Origin: Squalus acanthias
Taxonomy: Eukaryota
Length of the DNA: 64,000 nt
Assembly (NCBI GenBank): GCA_030390025.1
Contig: CM059432.1
Span: 129,272,001-129,336,000, forward strand
Direction of reading: 5' to 3'
The position numbers and the translations under genes are program-made. Below are positions 38,700-50,589 of the stretch, piece after piece. The notes below the pieces were generated by a model. The model had not been told where the DNA came from and made no database searches. It saw only the letters and a program-made list of their open reading frames with translations. Every line of letters begins with the position of its first letter. Position 1 is the stretch's first letter.

Positions 38700-38940
38700 C
38701 CTCCAGCCCTCCGAGCCCTCTACAATCTCCACCTTCCGACCCCTCCACGATCTCCATCCTTTGACCCCCTCCGCGATCTCCGCCTTCCGACCCCTCCACG
38801 ATCTCCATCCTTTGACCCCCTCCGCGATCTCCACCTTCTGAGCCCTCCACGATCTCCATCCTTTGACCCCTGCATGATTCCCTTCTTTGCGAGCCCTCCA
38901 CGATCTCCACCTTCCAAGCCCTCCATGATTTCCATCATTC
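38700..38940 (+). repeat. C-rich tandem repeat, ~51-bp unit built from CGATCTCCA sub-units
   Basis: CCCTCCACGATCTCCATCCTTTGACCCC recurs at ~38742, 38793 and 38844. Confidence 0.8.
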
Positions 38941-39920
38941 GATCCCCCCACCCGCCTCCGATTCCTCCCTCCCTCCTCTCTGCGGCCTGTGCCGCAGGCC
39001 TACCTGCCCGACAGCTAACCAGCCTCTCCATCTGGCTGGCTGTGGGCCAAAGCTAAATGTTAATCAGGCCCTGCCGTTAAATTTGGCAGGGCCTGAGGGA
39101 AACCCGTTCTCCTGGGTTTCCCGACCGCCTTGCAGCACCCCCGCTCCCGACCCACCTCCAAGATAAAATTCCAGCCTATGTGTCAGAAATATCACCAGTT
39201 AGACAGCAGGAATTCATTTTCCTGATATTACCTTATTGTCGACTGGCATAGCCTGGGAATGGGTCACAGTGGCCTCGGAATTGGAAAGTCAAGGTAATCA
39301 GTGGGAGGTAGCTGCGACCTCCAGGAGGCAAATAAAGTGGATAGGAATGCTATGCAAAACAGTGCACAAGGAATGTATTTCAACTTTGATTAGGTCAACA
39401 GGGTTTTTCCGAGTTGCTAAGAGTGTTTACTAATATAATTGGCATGGTATAGAGTTATCCAATGGAAGGCTTCTTCAGATTCACATCAAAGCCCTTGTGT
39501 CATCAGATTGCACCAGTGATTGATGTTTCATGAGCTGGCATATTCATTTGCGCGTAACTTGTATAAATATCTTTTTGCATCAAGATTAATTAAAGAATGA
39601 AACACAGAACCCTCTTTTGTGCAGAGTGCTCAAAATAACACTTTGACGCGTTTGAGTATTTGACACTTTGCTGCCCCAAAATATGAAAAGTCCAACACAG
39701 AATTGGAATAATATTCTGAATGGCTTTCACCAGAGGTAATCAATTGAACAGAACAAGAGGTGAAAGGTTAATTATTCCCAAACAGCTGACCTTGCATTCG
39801 TGCCTGTTAACCCTGAACTGAGTGAAAGATGGGAAGTCAAGCAAAACAAGTGACCAAAGTGTGAACTACCCTACAATAACAATGTTAAGAATTGTGCTGA
39901 CATTCACATACTAATAACTG

Positions 39921-40210
39921 AAAGAAAAAGAAAGATTTGCATTTATATAGCGCCTTTCATGACCTCAGGATGTCTTAAAGCGCTTCACAGCCAATGAAGT
40001 ACTTTTTGAAGTGCAGTCACTGTTGGATTGTCGGGAAGCGCAGCAGCCAATTTGTGCACAGCAAGAGCCCACAAACAGCAATGTGATAATGACCAGATAA
40101 TCTGTTTTAGTGATGTTGGTCGAAGGATCAATATTGGCCAGGACACCGGGGATAACTCCCCTGCTCTTCTTCGAAATAGTGCCGCGGGATCTTTTACATT
40201 CACCCGAGAG
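39921..40210 (-). mobile_element. SacSINE1-like SINE, 3' two-thirds
   Basis: Tail and core match 1118-1400. Confidence 0.85.
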
Positions 40211-40226
40211 ATCAAGATACCAACAT

Positions 40227-40402
40227 GGGGTCATTTTCACCATCGTCGCCCGGACGATAATCTGGTGGAACAGATGGCCGGCCTGTTGTAGAACCTGCCC
40301 GATTCTCATCCCGTTGAATTCTATAATCCCATTGTGTTCTACAGCGGGCGGGTGAACCATTCCGCTAGATTACCGCCAGGCAGTGAAGGTGAAAAATACC
40401 AC
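40227..40402. mobile_element. Palindromic MITE
   Basis: GGGGTCATTTTCACC...GGTGAAAAATACCAC, inner arms TGTTGTAGAAC/GTTCTACAGC; TSD CAT on both sides; a diverged relative lies at ~36330-36463. Confidence 0.75.
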
Positions 40403-40659
40403 CATTGGTTTTCCCAAGAATGTGACAGTAACAAACTCAAAATGATTTGTAGAACTTTAAGACCCAGAAGTTCCATTCCCTATTGCTTTTTATTTTACAT
40501 ATCTCTGGCTAATACACATCTATGGGTGATATCCAGGTCAAGTATTAAGTTTGACTGTTGTTTTTTCTTTGAATCTACAGAGTGGTGGGATGCAGGTTTG
40601 CACCCTCAAAATTCCCAGTGGGGTGAGCACCAAACAGGGTGTAATCATTGGAGGAAAGT

Positions 40660-40840
40660 AGGGAAGTGGAGGGATTTGAACACGAGGATGAGAATCTTAA
40701 AATCGAGGCGTTGGAAGAACGAGAGCCAATATAAGTCAGCGAGCACAGGAGTGACTGGGACTTTGTTTGAGTTAGAATACGGGCAGCAGAGTTTTGGATG
40801 AGATGAAGTTCATGGAGGCTGGAAGATTGGAGGCCAGTCA
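40660..40840 (-). mobile_element. L2 LINE fragment
   Basis: GGAGGGATTTGAACACGAGGATGAGAATCTTAAAATCGAGGCG matches 26644-26790. Confidence 0.75.
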
Positions 40841-41317
40841 GAGAACAGAGGAGATTTTAATTCTAAAAGGTGTGTGGTTTTAAATATCTACAATAGTGTA
40901 TATCTCTGCAATTCACTATCCAAAATCTGCATTTGTTGAACTCCTACATCACAGCACTCATATTTATTGTGGTCCTATTTTATATAGGGAGGAAGGAAGG
41001 AATTTCAGACCCCTAAAATTCGTTATAACCAAGGAATGGGCGGTGTCAGTGGAAAAGTTGGAGAATTAGCGCCAGATGCAAATGCTTTAGTCTGCACGCA
41101 AAATTCGTGCTCACTGCTCAATAAAATGATTGGAGTCCTAAATCAAGTCTTAAAACTCAAGCTCATTGGCATTAGACTTAAAGGGTGGACCAATATCAGG
41201 TGCAGTCTAATCACAAGTCATGATTGCCAGAGGCTTTTTTCACTACTTAAAGGGGAGGTTTATTGATGCTGCAGCACCTCATGCTCAGCATTGCTGGCTG
41301 TGCAGCTGCCTCAGCAA

Positions 41318-41480
41318 GCAGAGGCAGAGGCAGAGGCAGAGGCAGAGGCAGAGGCAGAGGCAGAGGCAGAGGCAGAGGCAGAGGCAGAGGCAGAGGCAGA
41401 GGCAGAGGCAGAGGCAGAGGCAGAGGCAGAGGCAGAGGCAGAGGCAGAGGCAGAGGCAGAGGCAGAGGCAGAGGCAGAGG
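41318..41480 (+). repeat. Perfect (GAGGCA)n hexanucleotide tract, ~27 units
   Basis: Directly visible; followed by ~30-bp GGAGCAGGAGGAGAGCAGGAGGAGAGGA repeats. Confidence 0.95.
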
Positions 41481-41577
41481 AGCGGAGCAGGAGGAGAGCA
41501 GGAGGAGAGGAGCGGAGCAGGAGGAGAGCAGGAGGAGAGGATTGGAGCAGGAGGAGAGGAGGAGACCAGATGTGCTC

Positions 41578-43474
41578 ATGGCAGATCCTCTCCAGAGAGC
41601 CCGCAGATTCTCCAATGAAGCATTGGAGGCATTGGTCTTCACTGTGGAGAGACGGGGGACGGTGCTCTACCCAGCAAGTGGCAGGAGGCCCTCGCCGGAA
41701 GTCTTCCGTGCCATGTGCAGGGAGGTAGCCCAGTAGGTCTCAGGCAGCACTGTGGTCCCCAGGACCCACACACAGTGCAGGAAGAAATTTAACAACCTCA
41801 CTCAGGTGGTCAGGGTGAGTGAATGCTTCAACAAATGCTACATACCACCATCTGAACAACAGTCTGCACACACTGGTCAAAGCACCACACCCCCAGCACT
41901 CACCCAGCAACAATCTCCACCTACCAACACTCACACCCACATCTCACACCTTGCACACAATGACAGCTATTCAACTATGGCAGACACATCACCCAAACAC
42001 ATTGCTCCACACTCACTCACACACTTTCCTTTCTCTTGCAGGCCAAGGTGACTCACAACAGGAGGGAGCAGGAGCGCACAGGCAGGGGACAATCTGACAC
42101 CCAACCACTGTCTGCGCTGGAAGAATCGAGTGCTGCAGATTATTGGGTGCCAGGTGGTGGGCGCCGTAGCCACCGGCGATGTTGACCACCTTGGGGACAA
42201 CAACGGTATGTTTATCCCTACTCCTGCTTCTCACATCCCACTTGCCCCTCACCCCACAAGCGTTTCACACTTTCCAGCTAATCATGCTGTATGCATGCCT
42301 TTCTCACTTCCTGCCCCCTCCCCTCACCTTAACCCAACTCTTGTGCCTTTATGCTTTCAGATAATGAGCAAGCACCTGAGCAGCCTGTCCCTGAGAGCAA
42401 CGTAGAGAGCGAGGTGGGAGAAGAGGAGGAGGAGGAAGAACACACTGCATCTCTCACCCGCAGGCACCAGCTCAGATACTGGCACTACGCGTTCTTTAGA
42501 GGCTTGTATAGTAGCGGGATCTGCACAAGGGTGAGGCACCAGGGATGAGTGGGCTGCAGCAAGGCCAGGGGGAAAGGGTAGCTCGGGGGCCAGCTCCCCG
42601 GAGGGAGAGTTCGCGCGCAAGTTCTGCTGCACAGGACTCAGATGAGAACTTTGATGGGGAGACCTTTAGAAGAAGGGCGATGGGCATGCACACGGAGATG
42701 ATAGGTGCAATGCTAAGGGTGCCCAAGAGCCTCTCGGCAATGATAAGGAGCGTGGAGGAGTCCGCCTCCAACATAGCACAAGGCTCTGTGCACACCATGG
42801 AGCCCATCATTTCCAGTCTGAAAAGAATGGTAGACTCCCAGAGAGACCGTGGCGACCCAGACCTGATGCTGCGTGTGATGGGCGACCTGGCAGCTTCCAT
42901 TGCAGCACAGGCAGAAGTGACACAACGTCTTAGTGCTGTAATGCAGTCTATGCTTGGTGGCATCCAATCTCAGACTGCTCTCATGCAGTCTCAGCCTGAT
43001 GCCACGCAAGCTCTGACTGCTGCCATCGTGGCTGGGTCTACCACCGTCAACATGGGCTTTCACAGTGTCACAGCAGGCCAGCAATCTGTGCTCCAACAGA
43101 TTGCTAGGGATGCTGAGGTGCTGCCCCGGGGGAGTGGCAGTGGGTCAGTGGAGCAGGAACCTGCTGTCCTCTCTCAGGATGACAGCATTCCTGCTCCCAC
43201 CACTGCCACTCCGCCATTGCCCTTGTCGCTGCCTGTCACCCAGCCAGCCCAGACTGCTGCCGCCCGTGCTGAGGTGGTGCAGTCTACAGCCGGGCCTTGC
43301 AGGCCCAGAGCTGGTCGAGGGCGTCCTTCAAGGCCATCTGAAGTCTCCCACACGGACACTCAGCAGCCTTCCACCAGCCCTGCTGCAGCCACTGGGCCAA
43401 CACTTCGTAGGAGCACTAGAGTAGGCAAAGGCACAGTAACAAGAGGCACTAAGGAAATGCGCAAGGGTGAATAG
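41578..43474 (+). pseudogene. Three-exon Myb/SANT-like (MSANTD-type) Harbinger accessory gene, disrupted
   Basis: Exon 1 41578-41814 MADPLQRARRFSNEALEALV...REVAQ*VSGSTVVPRTHTQCRKKFNNLTQVVR then GTGAGT; exon 2 42042-42205 (TTGCAG...GTATGT); exon 3 from 42361 (TTTCAG) with an acidic run leading to the 309-aa ORF 42545-43474; premature TAG at 41734 and apparent frameshifts. Confidence 0.8.
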
Positions 43475-43619
43475 TTAATATTTTTGGTGTAAATATGTGT
43501 TCACTGATTTTTGATAAATTTATTAATTCACTTACCATTCTTTTGTGGTATCTGTCATTTCATCTTCGCGGTGTGATACGGCCTGTGAGAGGGATGGAAT
43601 GATGGGGATGTGGTGAGCA

Positions 43620-43810
43620 AAGGGGATCTGGGCTTTAAGTCATCCTGGTGTGAGGCTGAAGGTCTGTTTGGAGGAGGTGGCAGAGTTCTGTGACCGCCTC
43701 CTTGGTGAGGCGGAGCCATCTAATACACTGCTCCTCGCTTAATTGGAGGTAGGAGAAGTGCTCTTGGAATACCCTTTGGAGGGTAAAGCCTCCTGGTGAG
43801 AGCCCTGATG
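43620..43810 (-). pseudogene. HARBI1-like transposase N-terminal remnant
   Basis: Minus strand RVFQEHFSYLQLSEEQCIRWLRLTKEAVTELCHLLQTDLQP; the catalytic part is missing. Confidence 0.7.
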
Positions 43811-44432
43811 TCCCTCCTCATCTCTCTGCACACATGTTCCCGTATTTCTAGCTGTCTACGCTCCTCCACCATAGATCCTGGAGGGTGAGGTGGTGCCAGT
43901 ACAACCCCCCATTAATGTTACCAAGTGTAGCAGTTTGAATCTTTGAAGAATAAATGTAGCTACTTTTTACTTTTACTTTGCCAGAAGACTCCAGATACAA
44001 AAGAGCCTTCAAATTACTGAATGAAACTGTTGCAGTGGGTGAAACTGACAAGAAACCTCTGAAACTGCACTAACCTGACAGCTGCGAGTGATTCCTGATG
44101 ATTCCTTTAAATAACGTCCCTGGAGCCAGTTTCCTAGTGCTTCACGCCAGTTCTCCCTGTCGGTGTTTACTCCAGGTGCTGAGGTAGGTGACGACAATCA
44201 ATTTAGCAAATCGGGCGGTCAGTGAGCGTTGCACACTCACTGATGTTACAATCTACCTGGCATTGACATTCCCGGCGATACCTCTTACCAGTGGTGCTAC
44301 GGGGGGGTGGAGGGGGGGCGAATTTGGCGTGCGGCGCTGGATTCGCCTCGCCCTGGCGATACTGCTCTAACGCCCCGTTAGAGCCATCTACTGGCGCTAC
44401 TGGGAGGTGCTAAGGGGACGAATTTTTCCCCT

Positions 44433-44866
44433 GAAGACTTTGCTGGAAACACTTGCAGCCTGCAGAACCTGTGCTGGAAATGGACTGAGCAACAGCTTCT
44501 GCCTGAGGAAAGTGATCATCTGTCAGGTGGGAGCCTTTACTGTACATTTGATGCTGTCAAGTAATCAGCTGGAGCAATGGCCACGGAACTCCCACCTCAG
44601 GTTGACAGATGTGTTTCCCGAGCTGCGTGAGTCCCGTGGCCATGCAGGGAAATTTAAAAAGTAAGTGCAAAAAGGCTCTTAAGTTCCTGTAAACTACTTG
44701 ATAATGATCTCAATTGGGTCGCCCGACGCTGCCGGTCGGGTTGGCTCCGCGATGACAGACATGCCTTGGGGAAAGGTGCGTGTGTCCTGACCCGCTGTCA
44801 AAAATTACAACTTTCCCACCCGACCCGCCACCGATTGCGCCCGCTACCACCCCAGAAAATTCCAGC
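44433..44866 (-). mobile_element. Truncated end of the 31281 Harbinger-like family
   Basis: Reverse complement GGCTGGAATTTTCTGGG...GGTGGCGGGTCGGG...ATTTTTGACAGCGGGT matches 31281-31640. Confidence 0.75.
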
Positions 44867-45187
44867 CAATGAAGCACTTTGAAGTGTAGTCACTGTTGTA
44901 ATGTAGGAAACGCGGTAACCAATCTGCACACAGCAAGCTCCCACAAACAGCAACATGAGAGTGACCAGATAATCTGTTTTAGTGATGTTAATTGAGGGAT
45001 AAATATTGGCCAGGACACCAGTTAACTCCGCTGTTGTTTGAAATAGTGCCATGGGATCTTTTACATCCACCTGAGAGGGCAGACGGGGCCTTGGTTTAAC
45101 ATCTCATCTGAAAGACAGCACCTCCGACAGTGCAGCACTCCCTCAGCACTGCACTGGGAGTGTCAGCCTAGATCTTGTGCTCAAGTC
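44867..45187 (-). mobile_element. SacSINE1-like SINE, central part
   Basis: Core matches 1188-1512. Confidence 0.85.
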
Positions 45188-45366
45188 TAAAAATAAAGTC
45201 TGGTGTGTAGTTGCTAGGTGAACAGTGGGTTTCATGGCTGACGTCAGCAGCAGCATTCACTTCACATGAGATGTGAAAAATTACAGTTGTAACGTAATCA
45301 CGACAAGATTATGGGAATTCAATCTGCTATACATTACTGGGAAATAATACCCCTCTACATATTGTA

Positions 45367-45800
45367 CAACAACAACTTGCATTTATTTAGCGCCTTTAAT
45401 GTAATAAAATATCTCAAGGCACTTCACAGGCACGTTAGCAAATAAAATTTGGCACCGGGCCACATAAAGAGATATTAGAACAGGTGGAGGTAGGTTTTGA
45501 GGAGGAGAGAGAGGCGCAGAGGTTTAGGTTGGGAATTCCAGAGCTTGGGGCCTAGGCAGCGGAAGGCACGACCGCCAATGGTGGAGTGATGAAAATCGGG
45601 GATGGGCAAGAGGCCAGAATTGGAGGAGCACAGAGATCTCGGAGGGTTGTAGGGCTGGAGGAGGTTACAGAGATAGGGAGGGGCGAGGCCGTGGAGGGAT
45701 TTGAAAACAAGGATGAGAATTTGCCAATGTAGGTCAGTGCGCACAGCGATGGGCGAACGGTACAAGTTAGGATACAGACAGCAGGGTTTTGGATGACACC
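45367..45800 (-). mobile_element. L2 LINE 3' end
   Basis: DLHWQILILVFKSLHGLAPPYLCNLLQPYNPPR; (CAA)n tail. Confidence 0.85.
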
Positions 45801-46587
45801 AAAGTAACCATGTGGCTGTGCAGCTTTATTTCCAAATACAGAGCTTCTGAACAAATTTAGGCTTTGCTCTGATATTGTCAGTGACAACTGTTCTGTGCCA
45901 GTTTATAAATAAAATATACAGAATTATAGCGGCTTGGGAGTCAGTAATTTAATTGAGCTGTTCAAATGATATCACAAACTACAAGGGTAAATCATTACTG
46001 CTTTATGGATGCCATCTGATGTCTGAGATTACTGTTCATTCCCAGTCATTTATTACTTTAATGACACTGACAGAGTTCCCGTGGCATTGCTTAAGGCAAG
46101 TGAGAAGTTGTAAAGGGGGGGGGGAAGGATAAAGAAGTGAGAATGGGCTGCAGATCTTCAGTGAAAGAATGTGGAAAGAAGTTGGCAAGAGATCTCCCCA
46201 GAGACAGTGAAGCAAATATTTTTGATTGGATGGTAAATTACAGGCCGCACACTCATGATTTCCCAAGATGCACTCCCCTCTGCGAGCACTGGATCATGGA
46301 ATTACCTCTGATAAGATAGCCGTATAGTATGTCCCCCTACATATTTATTTAATTTTTTATCTCTTACCCAAGATAGACAATATGTAAGAGGTTGAAGGTA
46401 GACATGTGGGGTTTAGCAGTAATGGCTCAGGTGTGGAGAGATTTATGGCTTCAGAAGCAGATGCGGGGACCTGAGTAGCACTAGGGCCTGGCAGCAGTGG
46501 GGGGAGATCCAGCGTGGGGCAGCATTGGGAATGATGAGGGTCCTGGATTTTAGAGAAGTACCAGGATCTGTCAGCACTGGAGACACA

Positions 46588-47449
46588 GGACTGAATTTTA
46601 ATGGGGAAGGCGGGTTGGGGGCAGTGGGGGGGTGGGGGGGGCTCTGAGGTGGTTGGGAAACCCGGGAGAATGGGTTTCCCGCAGACCCTGCCAAATTTAA
46701 CGGCAGGGCCTGTTTGAATGGGATGCCTTTGTTTCCCACCCGCAGCCAGCCAGATTGAGAGGCTGGCTGGCTGTGGGCGAGTAAGCCTGTGACACTAGGC
46801 CGCACGAAGGAGGGAGGAATCGCGTTGGGGTCGGGGGCCGACCTGAGGAGCGGGGGTAGGGGGGGGTGGCGTCTGAAAAGATCTCGATCGTGGGCCACAA
46901 CATCGCTGGCCAGCCGGAGCAGCTGGTGGCAGGGGGGAGCGGGAGGGTCCAGACCATCACAGGCCGGCCGGGACCAGAATGGGGTGGGGGGGAGGGAGGG
47001 GTGTCGGGTGAGGATCGGGGGCTGGGAGAGCAGCAGGGGGGAGGCCTGGGAGGGGGGGGGGAATCGGAGTCTTCGTGGGGGGGTTCTCCGTACGTGGGGG
47101 GTGGGTTAGGCAGGGACCCTGGATTCAAGAGGTAAATGTAAGCATTTCCTTCCTGGATGCAGCAGTCCTCACTTTGCTGTAGCTGGTGAGTTTTACGAGG
47201 TGTGGGAAACCCGACCAGCTACAGCTAGAGACAAAATGGAGGTTAAAGAAGTGGCTTCCTGCCTCATTCTAATATTAAAATAGACGGCCCACCTCCTGGC
47301 AGTGGATTGGCTGCCCAGCCCCGTCCCACCTCCGTTAAAACAGGAAGTGGGCGGGTTGGAGGCGGGTTCTGGTCAGGATTCACATTTTTAACACTTTAAC
47401 TTCCCACACGCTCTCAACCCACCCGTTTTTTTAGGTTAAAATTCCCCCC
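46588..47449. mobile_element. Harbinger-like non-autonomous element (37745 family, reversed)
   Basis: Ends GGACTGAATTTTAA / TTAAAATTCCCCCC; exact TSD ACA (46585-87, 47450-52). Confidence 0.8.
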
Positions 47450-47615
47450 ACAGGATCCCAAGATGTGGAGGCACTGAGGGGTCCTAACGTGTATCAAAAC
47501 TGGGGCAGATGGTAAGTAGCAAAGTATGTTTTCCTTACCCAGTGTAGTTGAATAAATGGGTAGCATGGTTGCCTAATTACATTTTTCTCTTGGCAAATCG
47601 TTGTTAGGAAATATT

Positions 47616-48683
47616 GGGGGCAGAATTGGGTGCCTTTGCGCCTCCCGTTAGGGCACAAATGGCTTTGCGACCGGGTGCGGCGCTGACATCGACTCCCGCC
47701 ATATTCGGCAGGAGTTTTGCGGCGGCGCTATGGCGTTGCACCCTGATCTCCTTCGCCCAGAGATCGTGGCATCATCGCCATGCGCATAACCCCGGTAGTG
47801 CCCCGGACCCAAAATTGACTTCTGCCCCCTGCAGCCTCGCCGGTCGAAAACACCGACAGCTGCAGGAGGCGTGCATCGGGCGGCCGGCCACTTCGGGGGC
47901 GGTGATTAAAGGTGAGGTGGCCGAGGTAAGTGGAAAAATAACTTAACTTTCCTGTTCTAGTTTTTTTCGCGGTCGATCAGCCCAGCGCTCTGCTCGAGTG
48001 CCGGGCTGATCGTACGGGATCGTGGCTGCCTTGGTGGTCCAGGTAGGTACTTTTTATATTGCAGAGCCTGCAGCGATAGCCCTTCCCTTTAAAGGAGGGA
48101 AGGAGTCTTTGAACGCGGCAGCGCTGCACGGCCCAGTGTGCAGCACTGCTGAAGTCTCCGCCCCGCCTGCTGCCAACTGCGCTCCAAGAAGGAAGTGGAG
48201 CGCTTGATTTAGGGCTCCACTTCCTTCCTGGAGTGCAAAACCGAATTTTTTATTTATGCAAATTAATTAAAATACCCTTTAATTAAACATTTAAAATAAA
48301 AATGTAACTTTTTGAAAAATAAATGTAAACATTTTTAACCAGGTCAAAATTGGCCTAAACTAATTTTAACTGTAAGTGGATGTTTAAATCATTTAAAAAA
48401 TTTTATTTTAACATTTTTTTTATACCCTTATGCTGGTAAAAGAAGGCCTTACACCTTTTTACCAGGCGTAAGGGTTTGGCGGGTATTCGCTGGGCATTAG
48501 TTGGACAAATAGCCCAACCCTGCGCCAGCGAAAGTGAATTTCCAGCGGATGGGTACGACCTGTTAAGGGAAAACTTGACAGATCGCAAGTTCCGGGACTT
48601 CACGCATGCACATCACACACGGAAACCTGGAACTTGCTGGGCGCTTACGATGGCATACCCTATGCACACGTAAAATCCGGGCC
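47616..48683. mobile_element. Harbinger-like element with ends resembling two different families
   Basis: Left part matches 10211 (TTTGCGCCTCCCGTTAG); right end CCCTATGCACACGTAAAATCCGGGCC resembles the 27671 type; ATT on both flanks. Confidence 0.6.
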
Positions 48684-49442
48684 ATTATTTTTAGATGGCT
48701 AGTAGCTCTCAAATGGTGTTGCTTACAGGGACTCAGATTTTCTAAGAACAAGGTTATTATTTGAAGCATTATTACCAAGGTCACTGATTTATCAGCATTG
48801 GGGGTGGCCGTGGGATATGACTGTACTGGGACAGTGTCTCACTGTCTAGCAGTACACTGAGGTGGGCTCCCAGGCTTCTAGGAACACTGGAGAGGAAGGT
48901 TCTAGAGACAATGGGGCAGGTCCTGGGATGTGGAATTGCTGGGTGAGGGAGTTCCCAAAGAGACCAGGGAGCACTGGGAATGCAGTCATGGGGTTTGTGA
49001 ACATTTAGGAGAGCCCGTGGGATCTAGGAGTGAGGCGGGGGTGGGGGTGGGGGATGAAGGAAGTCTAAGGAGGGAGAACCTTTAGCCCAGCAGGACTTGG
49101 GAATAGGGTTTGGAGCAACTCGGGCTGCTGGGATCTGACAGCATTGGGTAGAGCGGGGTCTAACACCCTTGTAGGGAAAGGGGCCCAGAAAATGGGACCG
49201 AAACTGCTGAAAGCCCATTTCAAACAGTCAGGCCCCTACCCACACATGTTCCCTGTGTCAGTTACTTCTCCAACAGTTCCACCATCACCAGTCAGTTGCT
49301 ATCTTTATGTTCTTGCCCTCAAGCATTTTGACATAAATTTTCTGCTTTTAAAATTAATGGACAGAAAATCATAGGTTGGGGATGCGCAATGTCCTGATAC
49401 GCACTCCAGGCATGCAACAGAAGCACAGCATTAGTGACACGA

Positions 49443-49660
49443 TAGCAAAATACTGCGGATGCTGGAAATCTGAAATAACAACAGAAAACGCTGGAAAAAC
49501 TCAGCAGGCCAGGCAGCATCCGTGGAGAGAGAAAGAGAGTTAACGTTTCAGGTCGATGACCTTTCGTCAGAACTGTGAAGAGCCGGAAATCAAATAGATT
49601 TAAGGCCAGAGTAAAGCTGGGAAAAGGGGGAGGGGATAAAAGAACAAAGGGGGAGATGAA
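49443..49660 (-). mobile_element. Penelope-like terminal fragment
   Basis: Reverse complement of 54100-54300; contains the hammerhead motif. Confidence 0.75.
49537..49575 (-). ncRNA. Minimal type-I hammerhead ribozyme motif
   Basis: Minus strand CAGTT-CTGACGA-A-AGGTC-ATC-GACCT-GAAA-CGTT-AACTC: complete CUGANGA/GAAA core, 5-bp stem II, stem I AGTT/AACT, palindromic ACGT helix III, GUU triplet. Confidence 0.7.
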
Positions 49661-49939
49661 GAGACATTAAGAGACATTAAGAGATATGCAAGGCTAGAGG
49701 TGGTGTTAATGTGACAGATTAAGGCTGAAAGAAGTGTGAAATCCACGAGTTTGCTGACCTACACAGTCTTTAATATGCATAAATTTACATAAGCAACAAA
49801 GAACTCATAAGGCATTCAAAATTCATTGTTAATGCAGTTTTTATATATAAAAAGGTTAAGCTTCAAAAATAGTTCTAACTGAATACATGCAACCAAAAGT
49901 GATGATTGATGGAAAACAATCCATTGTCTTAAAAAAATC

Positions 49940-50207
49940 TTTTAGGACTGAGATGAGGAGAAATTTCTTCATTCAAAGGGTTGTGAATCTTTGGATTCTC
50001 TACCCCAGAGGGCTGTGGATGCTCAGTCATTGAGTATATTCAAGACAGAGATCGATAGATTTTTGGATATTAAGGGAATTAAGGGATATGGGGATAGTGC
50101 GGGAGGGTGGGGTTGAGGTAGAAGATCAGCCATGATATTATTGAATGGCGGAGCAGGCTCGAGGGGCTGAATGGCCTACTCCTGCTCCTATTTCTTATGT
50201 TCTTATG
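49940..50207 (+). mobile_element. CR1/HER-like LINE 3' end
   Basis: FRTEMRRNFFIQRVVNLW.SLP; tail GGCCTACTCCTGCTCCTATTTCTTATGTTCTTATG. Confidence 0.85.
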
Positions 50208-50589
50208 TTTATTTTATTTTATAAACAGCTACAAAAAAAAATGAACAGCTGTTATTGTCTGTTTCAGTTTTTTAATGCGGAGTTCAGAAAGAAAAGCACA
50301 ATTGTAAGATATTTCTATATCATCACTTGGCTGAAACAAGAGCTCTGGGAATTCGAGCTTCAGTTTAAAGTATTTTGGAAAAAAAACAAAAAAACGGCCA
50401 ACTCCTCACAGGATGAGGTGACATAACCTTTGACCTTTGCACTCCAGTGATGTACAGACTGCATTCTGGGAAATTCTGCAAACGGCTCATCTTCAGCATG
50501 CAGACGAATGATTGACAATTCTCTCTTAGCTGTTGTGAGTTAAAAATATCCAGTCAAAGCCCAGGATTTTGAGACAGACAGAGGCCTCT

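Larger units (their letters stand above)
37745..39176. mobile_element. Harbinger-like non-autonomous element containing tandem repeats
   Basis: Ends GAGGGGAATTTTA / TAAAATTCCAGCC; exact TSD TAT (37742-44, 39177-79); homologous to 46588-47449 in reverse. Confidence 0.8.
40994..44430. mobile_element. Defective two-gene PIF/Harbinger-like transposon
   Basis: Right end GAATTTTTCCCC(TGA) like the 10211 family; contains a Myb/SANT-like gene (+) converging on a truncated transposase (-). Left boundary uncertain. Confidence 0.7.

Noticed and set aside
38377..39056. Repetitive ORFs (PPRSPSFDPLRD / MEIVEGSEGGDRGG)
   Set aside because: Translations of a tandem repeat inside a non-autonomous transposon.
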